NCBI GenBank assembly: GCA_949287655.1
Contig: CASEHD010000003.1
Location: 6,897 to 70,896, forward strand
From: an uncultured Christensenella sp.
GTDB taxonomy: Bacteria; Bacillota; Clostridia; Christensenellales; UBA3700
DNA length: 64,000 nt
Direction: 5' to 3'
Position numbers and translations under genes: made by a program. A model generated the notes under the pieces. That model worked only from the letters and a program-made list of their open reading frames with translations, searched no databases and was not told where the DNA came from. This document shows, in pieces, positions 8,505-18,788 of this stretch (the first letter of the stretch is position 1; each line of letters starts with the position of its first letter).

Positions 8505-8873
8505 ATGGATATATTTCTTACCTATCTTAAAGTGTTTGCGGTCGGCGGACTCGTCTGCGCGATCGGTCAGATACTGATAAACAAGACGAAAATGACGTCT
8601 GCGCGAGTGCTCGTGACATTTCTGCTGGCGGGCGCGTTACTTGAAGCAGTCGGACTGTTCAAATATATAGAAGAGTTCGGCAAGGCGGGTATAACGATAC
8701 CGATAACCGGCTTCGGAAAGTCTCTCGCGGCAGGCGCGATAGACGGTGCGAAAGACGGACTGTTCAAAGCATGTACGGGCGGTTTGGCGGCAGTCGCGGC
8801 TGGACTTACGGCGGCGATAACGTTCGGATTTGTGATCGCGCTTATATCCAAATCAAAACCGAAAAGCACCTGA
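8505..8873 (+). CDS. spoVAE: stage V sporulation protein AE (SpoVAEB type)
   Basis: 122-aa TM protein with 'GITIPITGFGKSLAAGA', paralogous to SpoVAC. Third gene of the operon. Confidence 0.8.
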   Translation: MDIFLTYLKVFAVGGLVCAIGQILINKTKMTSARVLVTFLLAGALLEAVGLFKYIEEFGKAGITIPITGFGKSLAAGAIDGAKDGLFKACTGGLAAVAAGLTAAITFGFVIALISKSKPKST

Positions 8874-8896
8874 AAGCGGCGAAAAGCCGCTTTTTA
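8873..8896 (+). terminator. rho-independent terminator after spoVAE
   Basis: 'aaagcggc gaaaa gccgcttt' followed by a T-run. Confidence 0.75.
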
Positions 8897-8932
8897 AATG
8901 TCTTTGAACGTTCTTGCCGCATATAATGTAAT

Positions 8933-9592
8933 ATGGCTTACCGCTGCAAAAAGAGAAAAAGGGTGAAACTTATCGCGATATTGCTGGTGACTGCGCTAGC
9001 GCTGGTCGGAGCGGGGGTATACGTGCGCTCAAACGTCGTTCCGTTGGTGACGGAAAAGGCGTATTATTCGATACGCGGAGAGGCGGTCCTGGCGCTGAAC
9101 AACGCGTATCAGAAGACGGTCGAAGAGATGACCTCTCTCGGATACACGGATTTTGTGACAGTTACCGAGGACGCGAGCGGCAAAGTTTCGTTTATCAGCG
9201 TGGATATGCTTAAAGTCAACAATGTTATGAGTTTTTTGAGCACGGTCGTATTGAACGAGATGCAGTCGCTGGCTGCCGACGGCGTAGACGTTCCGCTGGG
9301 CGCGTTCAGCGGCATACTGCTTCTGGGCGACAGCGGCAAAGACGTGACCGTTGAGATAGAAACGGTCGGGATTGCAGAGTGTAATTTCCGTTCCGACTTC
9401 GAGACTATCGGCATAAATCAGGTAAGACACGCGCTTTACATAGACATCGTCGCCAGCGCGAACGTTGTTTTGCCGTTGTACGCGAAAGATGTATTCTGCG
9501 AAAGCTCGCTGCTTCTTTGCGAAAATGTGATAGTCGGCGAAGTTCCCGAATTTTACCTTGAAAATCAGGGCGTTTTCGACATTTCGAGGTAA
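8933..9592 (+). CDS. yunB: sporulation protein YunB
   Basis: N-terminal TM, then 'VPLGAFSGILLLGDSGKDVTVEIETVG...FETIGINQVRHALYIDIV', which fits the YunB family as I recall it. Confidence 0.65.
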   Translation: MAYRCKKRKRVKLIAILLVTALALVGAGVYVRSNVVPLVTEKAYYSIRGEAVLALNNAYQKTVEEMTSLGYTDFVTVTEDASGKVSFISVDMLKVNNVMSFLSTVVLNEMQSLAADGVDVPLGAFSGILLLGDSGKDVTVEIETVGIAECNFRSDFETIGINQVRHALYIDIVASANVVLPLYAKDVFCESSLLLCENVIVGEVPEFYLENQGVFDISR

Positions 9593-9640
9593 AACAGTTG
9601 CCGTAAACGATTTTTTATTGTAAAATGGTATAAAAGCTAC

Positions 9641-9878
9641 GACACGGGAACGTGCCTTGTTTAAGCTTCCGACAGAGATACCGCCCGGTACGCTGAAAGG
9701 ACGGTTCGGTTAAGCGGCAGGGGAATTCGCCCGTCAGCTCGTTTTCTGAAACGGCAGTAGGAAAGCGCGGTGGCGCGTTATAGCCGCAATGAGGTCCGCA
9801 AAATTTTTAACGGATTGCGGACGAAGTTAGGTGGTACAGCGTGAGAACGCCCTGATTTAAGGGACGTTCTTTTTTTTA
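9641..9878 (+). promoter_or_regulatory. T-box leader (Phe) with terminator, upstream of pheS
   Basis: T-box sequence 'agttaggtggtacagcgtg' (9825..9843) overlaps the 5' arm of terminator 'agaacgccc..gggacgttct' plus T8. 'gacagaga' GA motif. UUC triplet at 9726..9728 in 'ggaattcgcc'. Not folded. Confidence 0.8.
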
Positions 9879-9890
9879 TACGGAGGACTT

Positions 9891-10910
9891 ATGAAAGAAA
9901 AAATCGAAATCCTAATGCGTGAAGCTCTCGCGGCGGTAGAGGCATGCGAAAGCAATGCGGATCTCGGCAAAGTCAAGGTGAAATACCTCGGTAAGAGCGG
10001 AGAACTGACTGCGCTTTTACGCGGCATGAAAGACGTGCCTGCGGATCAGAGACCCGTTATCGGCGGCTACGTCAACGAGGCGAGAGACGCGATAACCGCG
10101 GCGGCGGAGAGCAAGGAAAAGACTTTGAAAGCTAAGGAAACGGAAGAAAAAATGCTCAAAGAAAGCATTGACGTGACTTATCAGCCGACAGACGTAAAGC
10201 TCGGCAGTCTGCATCCGTGCACTCTCGTCAAGAACGAGATCGTCGATATATTCACCTCGCTCGGTTTTTCGGTCGCGCAGGGACCTGAAGTCGAACTTGA
10301 CTTTTTTAACTTCCAGGCGCTCAATATCCCGAAGGATCACCCGGCGAGAGATATGCAGGATACGTTCTATCTCGGCGACGAAATGCTTTTGAGAACGCAT
10401 ACTTCGCCCGTGCAGGTAAGGACGATGCTTGACAAGAAGCCGCCGATAAGGATAGTCGTTCCGGGCAAGGTATACCGTCCCGACGACGACGCGACGCACA
10501 GCCCTATGTTCCAGCAGATAGAAGGACTTGTTGTGGACAAACATATCACACTTTGCGACCTGAAGGGTATACTTTCGCTTTTCGCGAAAGAGCTTTTCGA
10601 TAAGAATACCAAGATAAGGTTCCGTCCGTCTTATTTTCCGTTTACGGAGCCGAGCGTAGAGGTCGACGTCACTTGCTCGCAATGCCACGGCAAGGGGTGC
10701 CGTCTCTGCAAGGGCACAGGCTGGATCGAGGTGCTCGGCGCGGGCGTCGTAAATCCCAAAGTCCTCGAAAACTGCGGGATAGACAGCAACGAATACAGCG
10801 GTTTCGCTTTCGGTATGGGCATTGAGCGTATCACGATGATTAAGTACGGCATACCAGATATGAGAATCCTTTTCGAAAACGACGCAAGATTCTTAAGAAG
10901 TTTCAGATAA
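9891..10910 (+). CDS. pheS: phenylalanine--tRNA ligase alpha subunit
   Basis: Class II motifs: '[12 protein letters not shown]', '[11 protein letters not shown]'. Confidence 0.95.
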   Translation: MKEKIEILMREALAAVEACESNADLGKVKVKYLGKSGELTALLRGMKDVPADQRPVIGGYVNEARDAITAAAESKEKTLKAKETEEKMLKESIDVTYQPTDVKLGSLHPCTLVKNEIVDIFTSLGFSVAQGPEVELDFFNFQALNIPKDHPARDMQDTFYLGDEMLLRTHTSPVQVRTMLDKKPPIRIVVPGKVYRPDDDATHSPMFQQIEGLVVDKHITLCDLKGILSLFAKELFDKNTKIRFRPSYFPFTEPSVEVDVTCSQCHGKGCRLCKGTGWIEVLGAGVVNPKVLENCGIDSNEYSGFAFGMGIERITMIKYGIPDMRILFENDARFLRSFR

Positions 10911-10923
10911 GGAGAAAGAAAAA

Positions 10924-13320
10924 ATGAAAGTATCTTTGAATTGGCTGAAAGATTTTGTAGATATAGACATCGACGTTCACGCGCTGGCGGACAAGCTGGT
11001 TTCCGCCGGTTTCGAAGTCGAGGAGATAATAGACAAGGCGTCTGAGATGAAGAACGTCGTACTCGGCAGGATAGTCAGACTCACAAAGCACCCCGACGCG
11101 GATAAGTTGCAGATATGCGCGATCGACGTCGGCGCCAAGGAGACCGTTCAGATAGTTACCGGCGCGCAGAACGTAGCCGAAGGCGATCTTGTTCCCGTCG
11201 CGATGGACAACTCGCTTCTTCCGACAGGACAGGTCATCAAAAAAGGCAAGCTGCGCGGCGTTGAGTCATGCGGTATGCTTTGCTCGGGCGAAGAATTAAA
11301 GCTTACGGAAGCGGAATATAAGGGCGCGAGCGTTTACGGCATACTCATCATGAACGGCGAAAAATATCCGGTCGGAACCGATATGAACGTTGTGCTCGGC
11401 AACGACGACATAATTCTCGATATCGGCGTTACCGCCAACAGAAGCGACTGCAACAGCGTGCTGGGCATCGCGAGGGAAGTTGCGACCGTGCTCGGAAAGC
11501 CGCTCAGAATGCCTGAAATCGGCTTTGAATGCGAAGCGGACGACGTAAGCGACTACGTGAGCGTAAAGGTAGAAGATACCGCGCTGTGCCCCAGGTATAT
11601 GGCGGCTGCCGTGCGAGATATAAAGATATGTCCGTCGGCTGAGATAATTCAGAAGAGACTTAAAAGCGTAGGCTTAAGACCGATCAGCAATTTCGTGGAT
11701 ATCACCAACTACGTGCTGATAGAGATCGGTCAGCCGATGCACGCGTTTGACGCGGATAAGCTTGCGAATTCCTGCATAATCGTGCGCCGCGCCAAGAACG
11801 GAGAAAAAATCGTCGCTCTCGACAATAAGGAGTATACTTTAAACGACAGCATGCTCGCGATATGCGACAGCGACAAACCGTGCGCGATCGCAGGCGTTAT
11901 GGGCGGCAACAACAGCTGCGTCGACGAAAATACGAAAGATATCATTTTCGAAAGCGCGAAATTCGCACGCGACAACATAAGAAGGACTGCGAGAACGCTC
12001 AACCTGCATTCCGATTCTTCTTTCAGATACGAAAGGGGCATCGACCTCGAAAGCCAGCGTCTCGGACTTATGCGCGCGCTCACTCTCGTATACAAATACG
12101 GTTACGGCAAGATCGCTAAGGGCGTCGTCGACTGCTGCAACGCGGATCTCACGCAGAAGACTCTGCACGTGGAAGCGTCTAAGATCGACGATATTCTCGG
12201 CATAATCGTGCCGCGCGAAAAAATGGTGTCCGTACTCAACAGCCTGCAGATTGAGACGACTCTCGAAGGCGATACACTGGTATGCAAAGCGCCTCTTTTC
12301 CGCGACGATATAGAGAACGCGAACGACCTCGCTGAGGAAATAATCAGACTCTACGGTTACGACAATATAACAGAGACCCTTATGGACAAGGGCAAACAGA
12401 CGGTCGGCGGCAAGACGGAAGAACAGAAGGCGGTCGATACGATCAAAAACATATGCGTAAGCAACGGATACAGCGAAACGCTGACTTATTCGTTTACTTC
12501 GCCCAAGGGCTTCGACGCGCTCAGACTTCCAGAAGACGATCCGGCGAGAAATTGCGTGACGATATTGAATCCTCTCGGCGAAGATATGTCGGTGATGAGG
12601 ACAACGCTCGCGTACAGTATGCTGAACGTGCTTTCGTCCAACGCGCTCAAGAGTATTAAAAGCGCACGTTTCTTCGAGGTGTCAAATGTATATCTGCCAG
12701 AAAGCCTGCCTGTCGACAAGCAGCCCGAAGAGAGAGAACGTCTGGTCATAGGCGCGTACGGCAAGGACGAGAGTTTTTACACCGTAAACGAAGTCGTAAG
12801 AGTTATCATCGACAAATTCGGACTCAACGTATCGTATAAGCGTTCAGACCGTCCGTACCTGCACAGCGGCAGAAGCGCGGAGCTTTACGTCGGTAAATTC
12901 AGCATAGGTTACGTAGGTGAAGTTCATCCGTCCGTCGCTGCTTCTCTCGACGTAAAAGACAGACTTTATATCGCCGAAATCGATCTTGCGAGCGTTGAAA
13001 AATACCGCAAAAAAGGTTATAAATTCGAAGAAATCGGCAAATATCCGCCCGTTGAAAGAGATATCGCCGTTACCGTAAACGAAAGCGTTACGGCTGCTGA
13101 ATTGCTTTCCTGTGTGACAAGCGCGGGAGGCTCGATGATGAAGAGCGCTAAAATATTCGATATCTACCGCAGCGACGCGATAGGCGCGGGCAAGAAGAGC
13201 GTCGCGGTCAATATGGTGTTCAGACTGACCGACAGGACGCTTACAGACGAAGAAGTCGGCGCGAAAGTCGAAAGAGTTCTGACAAAGCTGACGTCGCAAC
13301 TGGGTGCGGCGCTCAGATAA
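10924..13320 (+). CDS. pheT: phenylalanine--tRNA ligase beta subunit
   Basis: 798 aa. N-terminal tRNA-binding domain ('HPDADKLQICAIDVG'). Follows pheS. Confidence 0.95.
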   Translation: MKVSLNWLKDFVDIDIDVHALADKLVSAGFEVEEIIDKASEMKNVVLGRIVRLTKHPDADKLQICAIDVGAKETVQIVTGAQNVAEGDLVPVAMDNSLLPTGQVIKKGKLRGVESCGMLCSGEELKLTEAEYKGASVYGILIMNGEKYPVGTDMNVVLGNDDIILDIGVTANRSDCNSVLGIAREVATVLGKPLRMPEIGFECEADDVSDYVSVKVEDTALCPRYMAAAVRDIKICPSAEIIQKRLKSVGLRPISNFVDITNYVLIEIGQPMHAFDADKLANSCIIVRRAKNGEKIVALDNKEYTLNDSMLAICDSDKPCAIAGVMGGNNSCVDENTKDIIFESAKFARDNIRRTARTLNLHSDSSFRYERGIDLESQRLGLMRALTLVYKYGYGKIAKGVVDCCNADLTQKTLHVEASKIDDILGIIVPREKMVSVLNSLQIETTLEGDTLVCKAPLFRDDIENANDLAEEIIRLYGYDNITETLMDKGKQTVGGKTEEQKAVDTIKNICVSNGYSETLTYSFTSPKGFDALRLPEDDPARNCVTILNPLGEDMSVMRTTLAYSMLNVLSSNALKSIKSARFFEVSNVYLPESLPVDKQPEERERLVIGAYGKDESFYTVNEVVRVIIDKFGLNVSYKRSDRPYLHSGRSAELYVGKFSIGYVGEVHPSVAASLDVKDRLYIAEIDLASVEKYRKKGYKFEEIGKYPPVERDIAVTVNESVTAAELLSCVTSAGGSMMKSAKIFDIYRSDAIGAGKKSVAVNMVFRLTDRTLTDEEVGAKVERVLTKLTSQLGAALR

Positions 13321-13406
13321 ACCGAGAATTGCCGTCGGCGGTATTTATCGCCGCCTCAAGGCAATAACCTGATAAATCAATTTAACGTTTTTTCGGAGCC
13401 GGATTT

Positions 13407-15665
13407 ATGGAATTACTTGCGCCGGTAGGAAGCGTACGCGCGTTATATGCCGCGATCAACAGCGGAGCCGACGCCGTTTACCTCGGGGTAGACGGTTTCA
13501 ACGCGCGCGCGAAAGCGAAAGGTTTCACCACCGAAAATATCAATTATTATATAGACCTTTGCCACCTTCACGGGGTTAAGGTCTATATTACTTTCAATAC
13601 CGCCGTAAAGGAAAAAGAACTTGAAGAGTTAAGTCGTTTCGTTGCCGCATGCACGCGCGCCGACGCCTTTATCGTCGCGGATCCTGGCGCGTTGGATATA
13701 TTCAGTAAATACGACGTTCCTTTGCACGCCAGCACGCAGATGGGCGTAAACAACCTCGAAGGCGCGCTTTTTATGCAGAAAAAGGGGTTTACCCGCGTAG
13801 TCGTAGCCAGAGAGACCGCGAAAGAAGATATAATTGCGATAAAAAAGAACACTTCGCTCGAACTTGAATATTTCGTACACGGCGCGCTTTGCGTAAGTTA
13901 CAGCGGATCGTGCCTTCTTTCGTCTATGATGAGCGGCGACAGCGGTAACCGCGGAAGATGCAATCAGCCGTGCAGGTTGCCGTACAGGAGCAGTATAAGC
14001 GGCAAAGAAGGGTATTTATTGTCTCCGTCCGAACAATGCCTTATCACAAAGCTTGACGAGCTGAAAAAAATAGGCGTAGACAGCCTGAAAATAGAAGGAA
14101 GGCTCAAGCAGCCGCATTACGTTTCCACCGTCGTAAGTCAATACAGAAAGGCTCTGAACGGCGCGAAAGCGGATAAAAACGCTGTATCGGAGCTGAAAAA
14201 GGCGTTTAACCGCGGAGAATTCACATGCGGATATATTTTCGACGACACAAAAGAGATAATGTCGCCCAAAGTGCAGAGCAATATCGGCGTAGTTATCGGA
14301 AAGGTGATATCCTGCGACAAAACCGGGGTTACAGTAAAAGCTTTCGGACAGCTGAGAGACGGCGACGGACTGAAATTGCTTTATAACGGCGAAGAAGTCG
14401 GAGGTTTCGGCGTAAAAATTCTTAAAAAAGACAAGGATATTTACAAACTTTCTGCAAAAGGATCGTTCCCGGTCGGCGCCGAAGTAAGACGTACGCTTGA
14501 TTCTCATAGCGCTGACGAAGAGATCGCGTTAAAGAAGATAGAAGCGGGTCTTTCGTTTATCTGCGACAAAGACTTAAACGTCACAGTATCCGCAAACGCG
14601 TGCGGAGTGACCGCAACGGTTACGGGAAGAGCACAGCAGGCTGTAGGCAGACCGCTGACCGCAGAGGATGTTGTATCATCTCTTAAAAAGCTGGGAGATA
14701 CTCCGTTTGAATGCAGCGGAGTTTTTGCAGAGCTTTCGGGACAAAATGTTTTTATGGCAAAATCGGTCATAAATGAATTGAGAAGAAAAGTCGTAAGAGA
14801 ACTTGAACGCGCGATCATTGAAAGATACGAAAAAAATATGCAAAGGCGCGTTATGATGCCTTCTCTCAGCAAAGGCAATGCCGACGATAAAGGAGAGGAA
14901 AGACGAGTTATTGTAAACACCGACGATTTAAACGTAATCAAGTCTCTATCCGGTCGAAAAATATCGATAAGTTTTCAAATCTACAATTTTAGCCGATTTA
15001 TTTCCGATATAGATATATTTTTAAGCTTAATTGAGAATAATTTTCAAACATATTTGCACCTGCCTCCCGTCGTTCGCGGTGACGAAACGCAGGTCTTGCG
15101 CGACATTCTCGACAGGTGCAAAGGAAAAATAACAGGTCTTGTCTGTGAAAATTATTACGCCGTTGAGTTGGCGGAAGAATACGGGTTCAAAACTTTGGCG
15201 GGTATCAGACTTAACGTGTTCAATTCACATTTTAAGACTGTTTCCGGTATGGACGATATAGTTTTTTCACCCGAGCTTACTTTAAAAGAGATCGACGATA
15301 TCGGCGATAAAAACGGCTTTGTCTATGCCTACGGACTGCTTCCGGTAATGACTCTTTGCCATTGTCCCGTGCAGGTATCCACCGGTTGCGGCTGCGGGAA
15401 TTGCGCTTATGAAGGCGATTTTTATTACAGCGACAAAATTAAGTCTTATCTCGTAAAGAGAACTAAGATAAAACACTGTATTTTTGAGCTTTTCAACCCC
15501 GCGATTGTAGACATATCGGCAAAAGCTGAGAAAATACGTTACAATTTGTATATAAATATGGTAAACTGTAAACGTAATCCCCTTGACGTCGTCTTCGGCG
15601 TGACGCGCGGAGGCGCGGCTCAGCCCGCTTCCAACTGCGCTCATCTGTTCAGGGGTATAAAATAA
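13407..15665 (+). CDS. U32 family peptidase-like protein (long form)
   Basis: 'MELLAPVGS...AAINSGADAVYLG' and 'EYFVHGALCVSYSGSCLLSS', typical of the U32 core. Confidence 0.8.
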   Translation: MELLAPVGSVRALYAAINSGADAVYLGVDGFNARAKAKGFTTENINYYIDLCHLHGVKVYITFNTAVKEKELEELSRFVAACTRADAFIVADPGALDIFSKYDVPLHASTQMGVNNLEGALFMQKKGFTRVVVARETAKEDIIAIKKNTSLELEYFVHGALCVSYSGSCLLSSMMSGDSGNRGRCNQPCRLPYRSSISGKEGYLLSPSEQCLITKLDELKKIGVDSLKIEGRLKQPHYVSTVVSQYRKALNGAKADKNAVSELKKAFNRGEFTCGYIFDDTKEIMSPKVQSNIGVVIGKVISCDKTGVTVKAFGQLRDGDGLKLLYNGEEVGGFGVKILKKDKDIYKLSAKGSFPVGAEVRRTLDSHSADEEIALKKIEAGLSFICDKDLNVTVSANACGVTATVTGRAQQAVGRPLTAEDVVSSLKKLGDTPFECSGVFAELSGQNVFMAKSVINELRRKVVRELERAIIERYEKNMQRRVMMPSLSKGNADDKGEERRVIVNTDDLNVIKSLSGRKISISFQIYNFSRFISDIDIFLSLIENNFQTYLHLPPVVRGDETQVLRDILDRCKGKITGLVCENYYAVELAEEYGFKTLAGIRLNVFNSHFKTVSGMDDIVFSPELTLKEIDDIGDKNGFVYAYGLLPVMTLCHCPVQVSTGCGCGNCAYEGDFYYSDKIKSYLVKRTKIKHCIFELFNPAIVDISAKAEKIRYNLYINMVNCKRNPLDVVFGVTRGGAAQPASNCAHLFRGIK

Positions 15666-15702
15666 TTTTCGTCCGACCTGCCGTCGGGCGGTAAGGCGGT
15701 TT

Positions 15703-18054
15703 ATGACTTCCGACAAAACTATTAAGTCTCTTGAATTCGATAAAATACTTAAAATTTTAAGCGGTTACGTATTTTCCCGACCTGCCGCGGACCTCGTTTT
15801 GAACATCAAACCTGAAAATTCGCTTGAAAAAGCACAGGTCCTGATTGAAAAGACAATGCAGGCAGACAGAGTAGCGTATGAATTCTGTTGCAGTCCGTCG
15901 TTATCCGTCGACGACGTTTCAGTCCATATTCAGGCGCTCAGAAAAGACGCGACTTTGGGCTGTAAAGCGCTTTTGCAGATCGCGAGAGTGCTCAACTGCG
16001 CAAAAAATTTCAAATTGTCGCTTTCAAAGATACCGGAAGGCGAGTGTCCGCTCATTGAGGAATACGCCGCGAATATGTTTACCGACTCCGAAGCCGAAAA
16101 GAGGATTGCAGAATCGGTGATGAACGAATCGGAGCTTTACGACGGCGCGTCTTCCAACTTGCGAGATATAAGAGCGGCGATACGCCGTACCAACGATAAG
16201 ATAAAACAGAAACTGAACGGATATATAAGCGGCGCTTACGCGAAATATCTGCAGGACAACATCGTTACTATGCGCGGCGACAGATACGTCATTCCGGTAA
16301 AGAGCGAGTGCCAAGGGCAGATCCCCGGGCTAGTTCACGACAGATCGTCTACCGGTGCGACCGTATTTATCGAGCCTTTCGCGGTCGTCGAACTCAACAA
16401 CGAACTCAGAGAACTCTTTATCGACGAGCAGAACGAGATCGCCGTTATCCTTCAGTCGCTTTCGTTTATGCTTGCGCAGATAGTCGACGGGATAGAAAGG
16501 TCTTTCAATCTTATTACCGAAGTCGACGTGATATTTGCGAAAGCACGCTACGCAAGAGAGATAAAGGCGGTCGCGCCCGTCCTTAACGGAGACGGGATAA
16601 TAGATATCAAAAAGGGCAGACATCCGCTTATCGATCCGAAAAAGGTCGTGGCGGTAGACGTAAGACTGGGCGAAGATTTCAAAGTACTGCTCATCACCGG
16701 ACCCAACACCGGCGGCAAGACTGTCACGCTGAAGCTGGTCGGATTGTTGTCGCTGATGGCGTGCTCGGGTATGTTCGTGCCGTGCGAAGAAAACAGCAGA
16801 CTTGCGGTATTCGACGGCGTATATTGCGATATCGGCGACGAACAGAGCATTGAACAGAATCTTTCGACTTTCTCTTCGCACACGGTCAATCTTATTAAGA
16901 TAACCGAACAGGCGGACTGCAACAGCCTGGTCCTTCTCGACGAGCTGGGCGCGGGCACAGATCCCGCGGAAGGAAGCGCGCTCGCGATAGCTGTCATCGA
17001 ATATCTGCTTGAAAAAAATTGCCGTTGCATAACTACGACGCATTACAACGAACTCAAAGAATATTCATACCGCGCCGAAGGCGTAAGCAACGCTTCGATG
17101 GATTTCGATCCCGAAACTTTCGCGCCGGTTTACAGGCTCCTTATCGGCGTTTCTGGAAGCTCAAACGCGATAAAGATAGCGTCAAAACTCGGTTTGCCGC
17201 ACGGTATAACCGAAAGAGCGAATCAGCTTTTAAGCGATGAAAAGGTAAGTTTCGACAGCATAATCGCGGCGGCGGAAAGCAGTCGCAGGCAAGCCGAAGA
17301 GAGCAGAAAAAGAGCGGAAGAACTGGAAAGAGACGCGCGGGCGGAATACGAAAAAGCGCGCGAACTTACAAAGCAAGCCGAAGACAAAAATAAAAAACTC
17401 GACGAAAAACTCGCAAAAAAGGCGAATGAACTTTTAGGCGACTATATGGAAGAAGCGGACGAGATCATCGACAAGATGCGAGAAGATCTGAAACGCGGCG
17501 ACGAACAGGCGCTTTTCGACGCGAGAAGACTCAGAAAACAGCTGGAAAACGTGCGCGTAAAGAAAGGGGATGCGGAGGTTGAAGAGAGATACGAAAAGAC
17601 GGGCGGCGAGATATCCGTCGGCGACAGCGTATATGTTAAAAAGCTGAATGCGACCGCAAAAGTCGAAAAGATAGACGACAGAAAGAAGAGATATACCGTG
17701 TCGTGCGGCAACCTGACAACCGTTGTCAATTTCGACGACGTTTCGAAAATAAGGATAACGCAGGAGAAAAAGTCGGTTAAACGACGCGTTCTTCCCGATA
17801 CGACCGAAGGCTGTCCGCATGAGATCAACGTAATAGGTCAGACCGTCGACGAGGCAATTTACAACGTCGATTCATATATTTCCAGGGCGCTCTTGTGCGG
17901 TCTCAGAGAGGTGAGGATAGTTCACGGAAAAGGTAGCGGCGCGCTGCGCGCGGGTCTGCACGCGCATTTTGCGAGAGATCCGCATATAGAATCTTTCAGA
18001 TCGGGAAAATACGGAGAGGGAGAGGACGGCGTAACCGTCGTTACGCTCAAATGA
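15703..18054 (+). CDS. mutS2: endonuclease MutS2
   Basis: Walker A 'GPNTGGKT', 'DELGAGTDP', long coiled coil, C-terminal Smr 'IVHGKGSGALR'. Confidence 0.9.
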   Translation: MTSDKTIKSLEFDKILKILSGYVFSRPAADLVLNIKPENSLEKAQVLIEKTMQADRVAYEFCCSPSLSVDDVSVHIQALRKDATLGCKALLQIARVLNCAKNFKLSLSKIPEGECPLIEEYAANMFTDSEAEKRIAESVMNESELYDGASSNLRDIRAAIRRTNDKIKQKLNGYISGAYAKYLQDNIVTMRGDRYVIPVKSECQGQIPGLVHDRSSTGATVFIEPFAVVELNNELRELFIDEQNEIAVILQSLSFMLAQIVDGIERSFNLITEVDVIFAKARYAREIKAVAPVLNGDGIIDIKKGRHPLIDPKKVVAVDVRLGEDFKVLLITGPNTGGKTVTLKLVGLLSLMACSGMFVPCEENSRLAVFDGVYCDIGDEQSIEQNLSTFSSHTVNLIKITEQADCNSLVLLDELGAGTDPAEGSALAIAVIEYLLEKNCRCITTTHYNELKEYSYRAEGVSNASMDFDPETFAPVYRLLIGVSGSSNAIKIASKLGLPHGITERANQLLSDEKVSFDSIIAAAESSRRQAEESRKRAEELERDARAEYEKARELTKQAEDKNKKLDEKLAKKANELLGDYMEEADEIIDKMREDLKRGDEQALFDARRLRKQLENVRVKKGDAEVEERYEKTGGEISVGDSVYVKKLNATAKVEKIDDRKKRYTVSCGNLTTVVNFDDVSKIRITQEKKSVKRRVLPDTTEGCPHEINVIGQTVDEAIYNVDSYISRALLCGLREVRIVHGKGSGALRAGLHAHFARDPHIESFRSGKYGEGEDGVTVVTLK

Positions 18055-18545
18055 ATTCGTACAGCTTAACTTACGTTTTCGACAAGAAAAAGCCGCTGAA
18101 AACGGCTCTTCTCGCGCTTGCTCTGGGCGTAGATCTCATCAATATCGCATTTTTCGTCTCCGCAATCTGCGGCGACTATATAAAATTTGCTTATCTCACG
18201 GCGGGTATCGTCGCCATGCTTGCGCTTAGATTGCCGACATTAAAGCTGACATACGGCGTTAAATACGTTTTCAAGGACGGGCTTTGCGTTTACAGGATAT
18301 ATCCGCATAGGCAGGAGCTTATATTGTCGCTTTCGGGTGAATTCACGATATCTGCGCTGACGAGAGAGCAAAAGCAGAGCCTTCCCGAAAGCGTTAAAAA
18401 GCTTTATTACGCCGAGGGGGACAGCGAGGTGTTTCTGATAGCAACATCAGGCGGCTGTTACGCTCTGGCTCTCGACGACTATATGCTCGCTCTCATACTG
18501 TCTTTTTACGGTAAAAAGTTGAATAAAACGGGTGAAAACGCGTGA
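18051..18545 (+). CDS. hypothetical membrane protein, translationally coupled to mutS2
   Basis: ATGA overlap with the mutS2 stop. Two hydrophobic helices in the N-terminal half. No motif recognised. Confidence 0.5.
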   Translation: MNSYSLTYVFDKKKPLKTALLALALGVDLINIAFFVSAICGDYIKFAYLTAGIVAMLALRLPTLKLTYGVKYVFKDGLCVYRIYPHRQELILSLSGEFTISALTREQKQSLPESVKKLYYAEGDSEVFLIATSGGCYALALDDYMLALILSFYGKKLNKTGENA

Positions 18546-18788
18546 ATTTTATTGTATTAACCGCATTTCAAAACGGAAAATCTGATTTATTACAGATTAT
18601 TTTATTATGAATTTAATCTTTATCTTGCCGATCGGATCAACCGGATTTTAATTTACCGTATCCGAAACCGGCGTTTTACGGTCTATCCGGATGCGCGCAA
18701 CTTCATTTAAGCGCTTAAACGCTTGCGGGCGCGCGATTACTGTGATAGAATTATGCGGTAGACGGCGTGCGCCGCATAAGGAGTTAAA

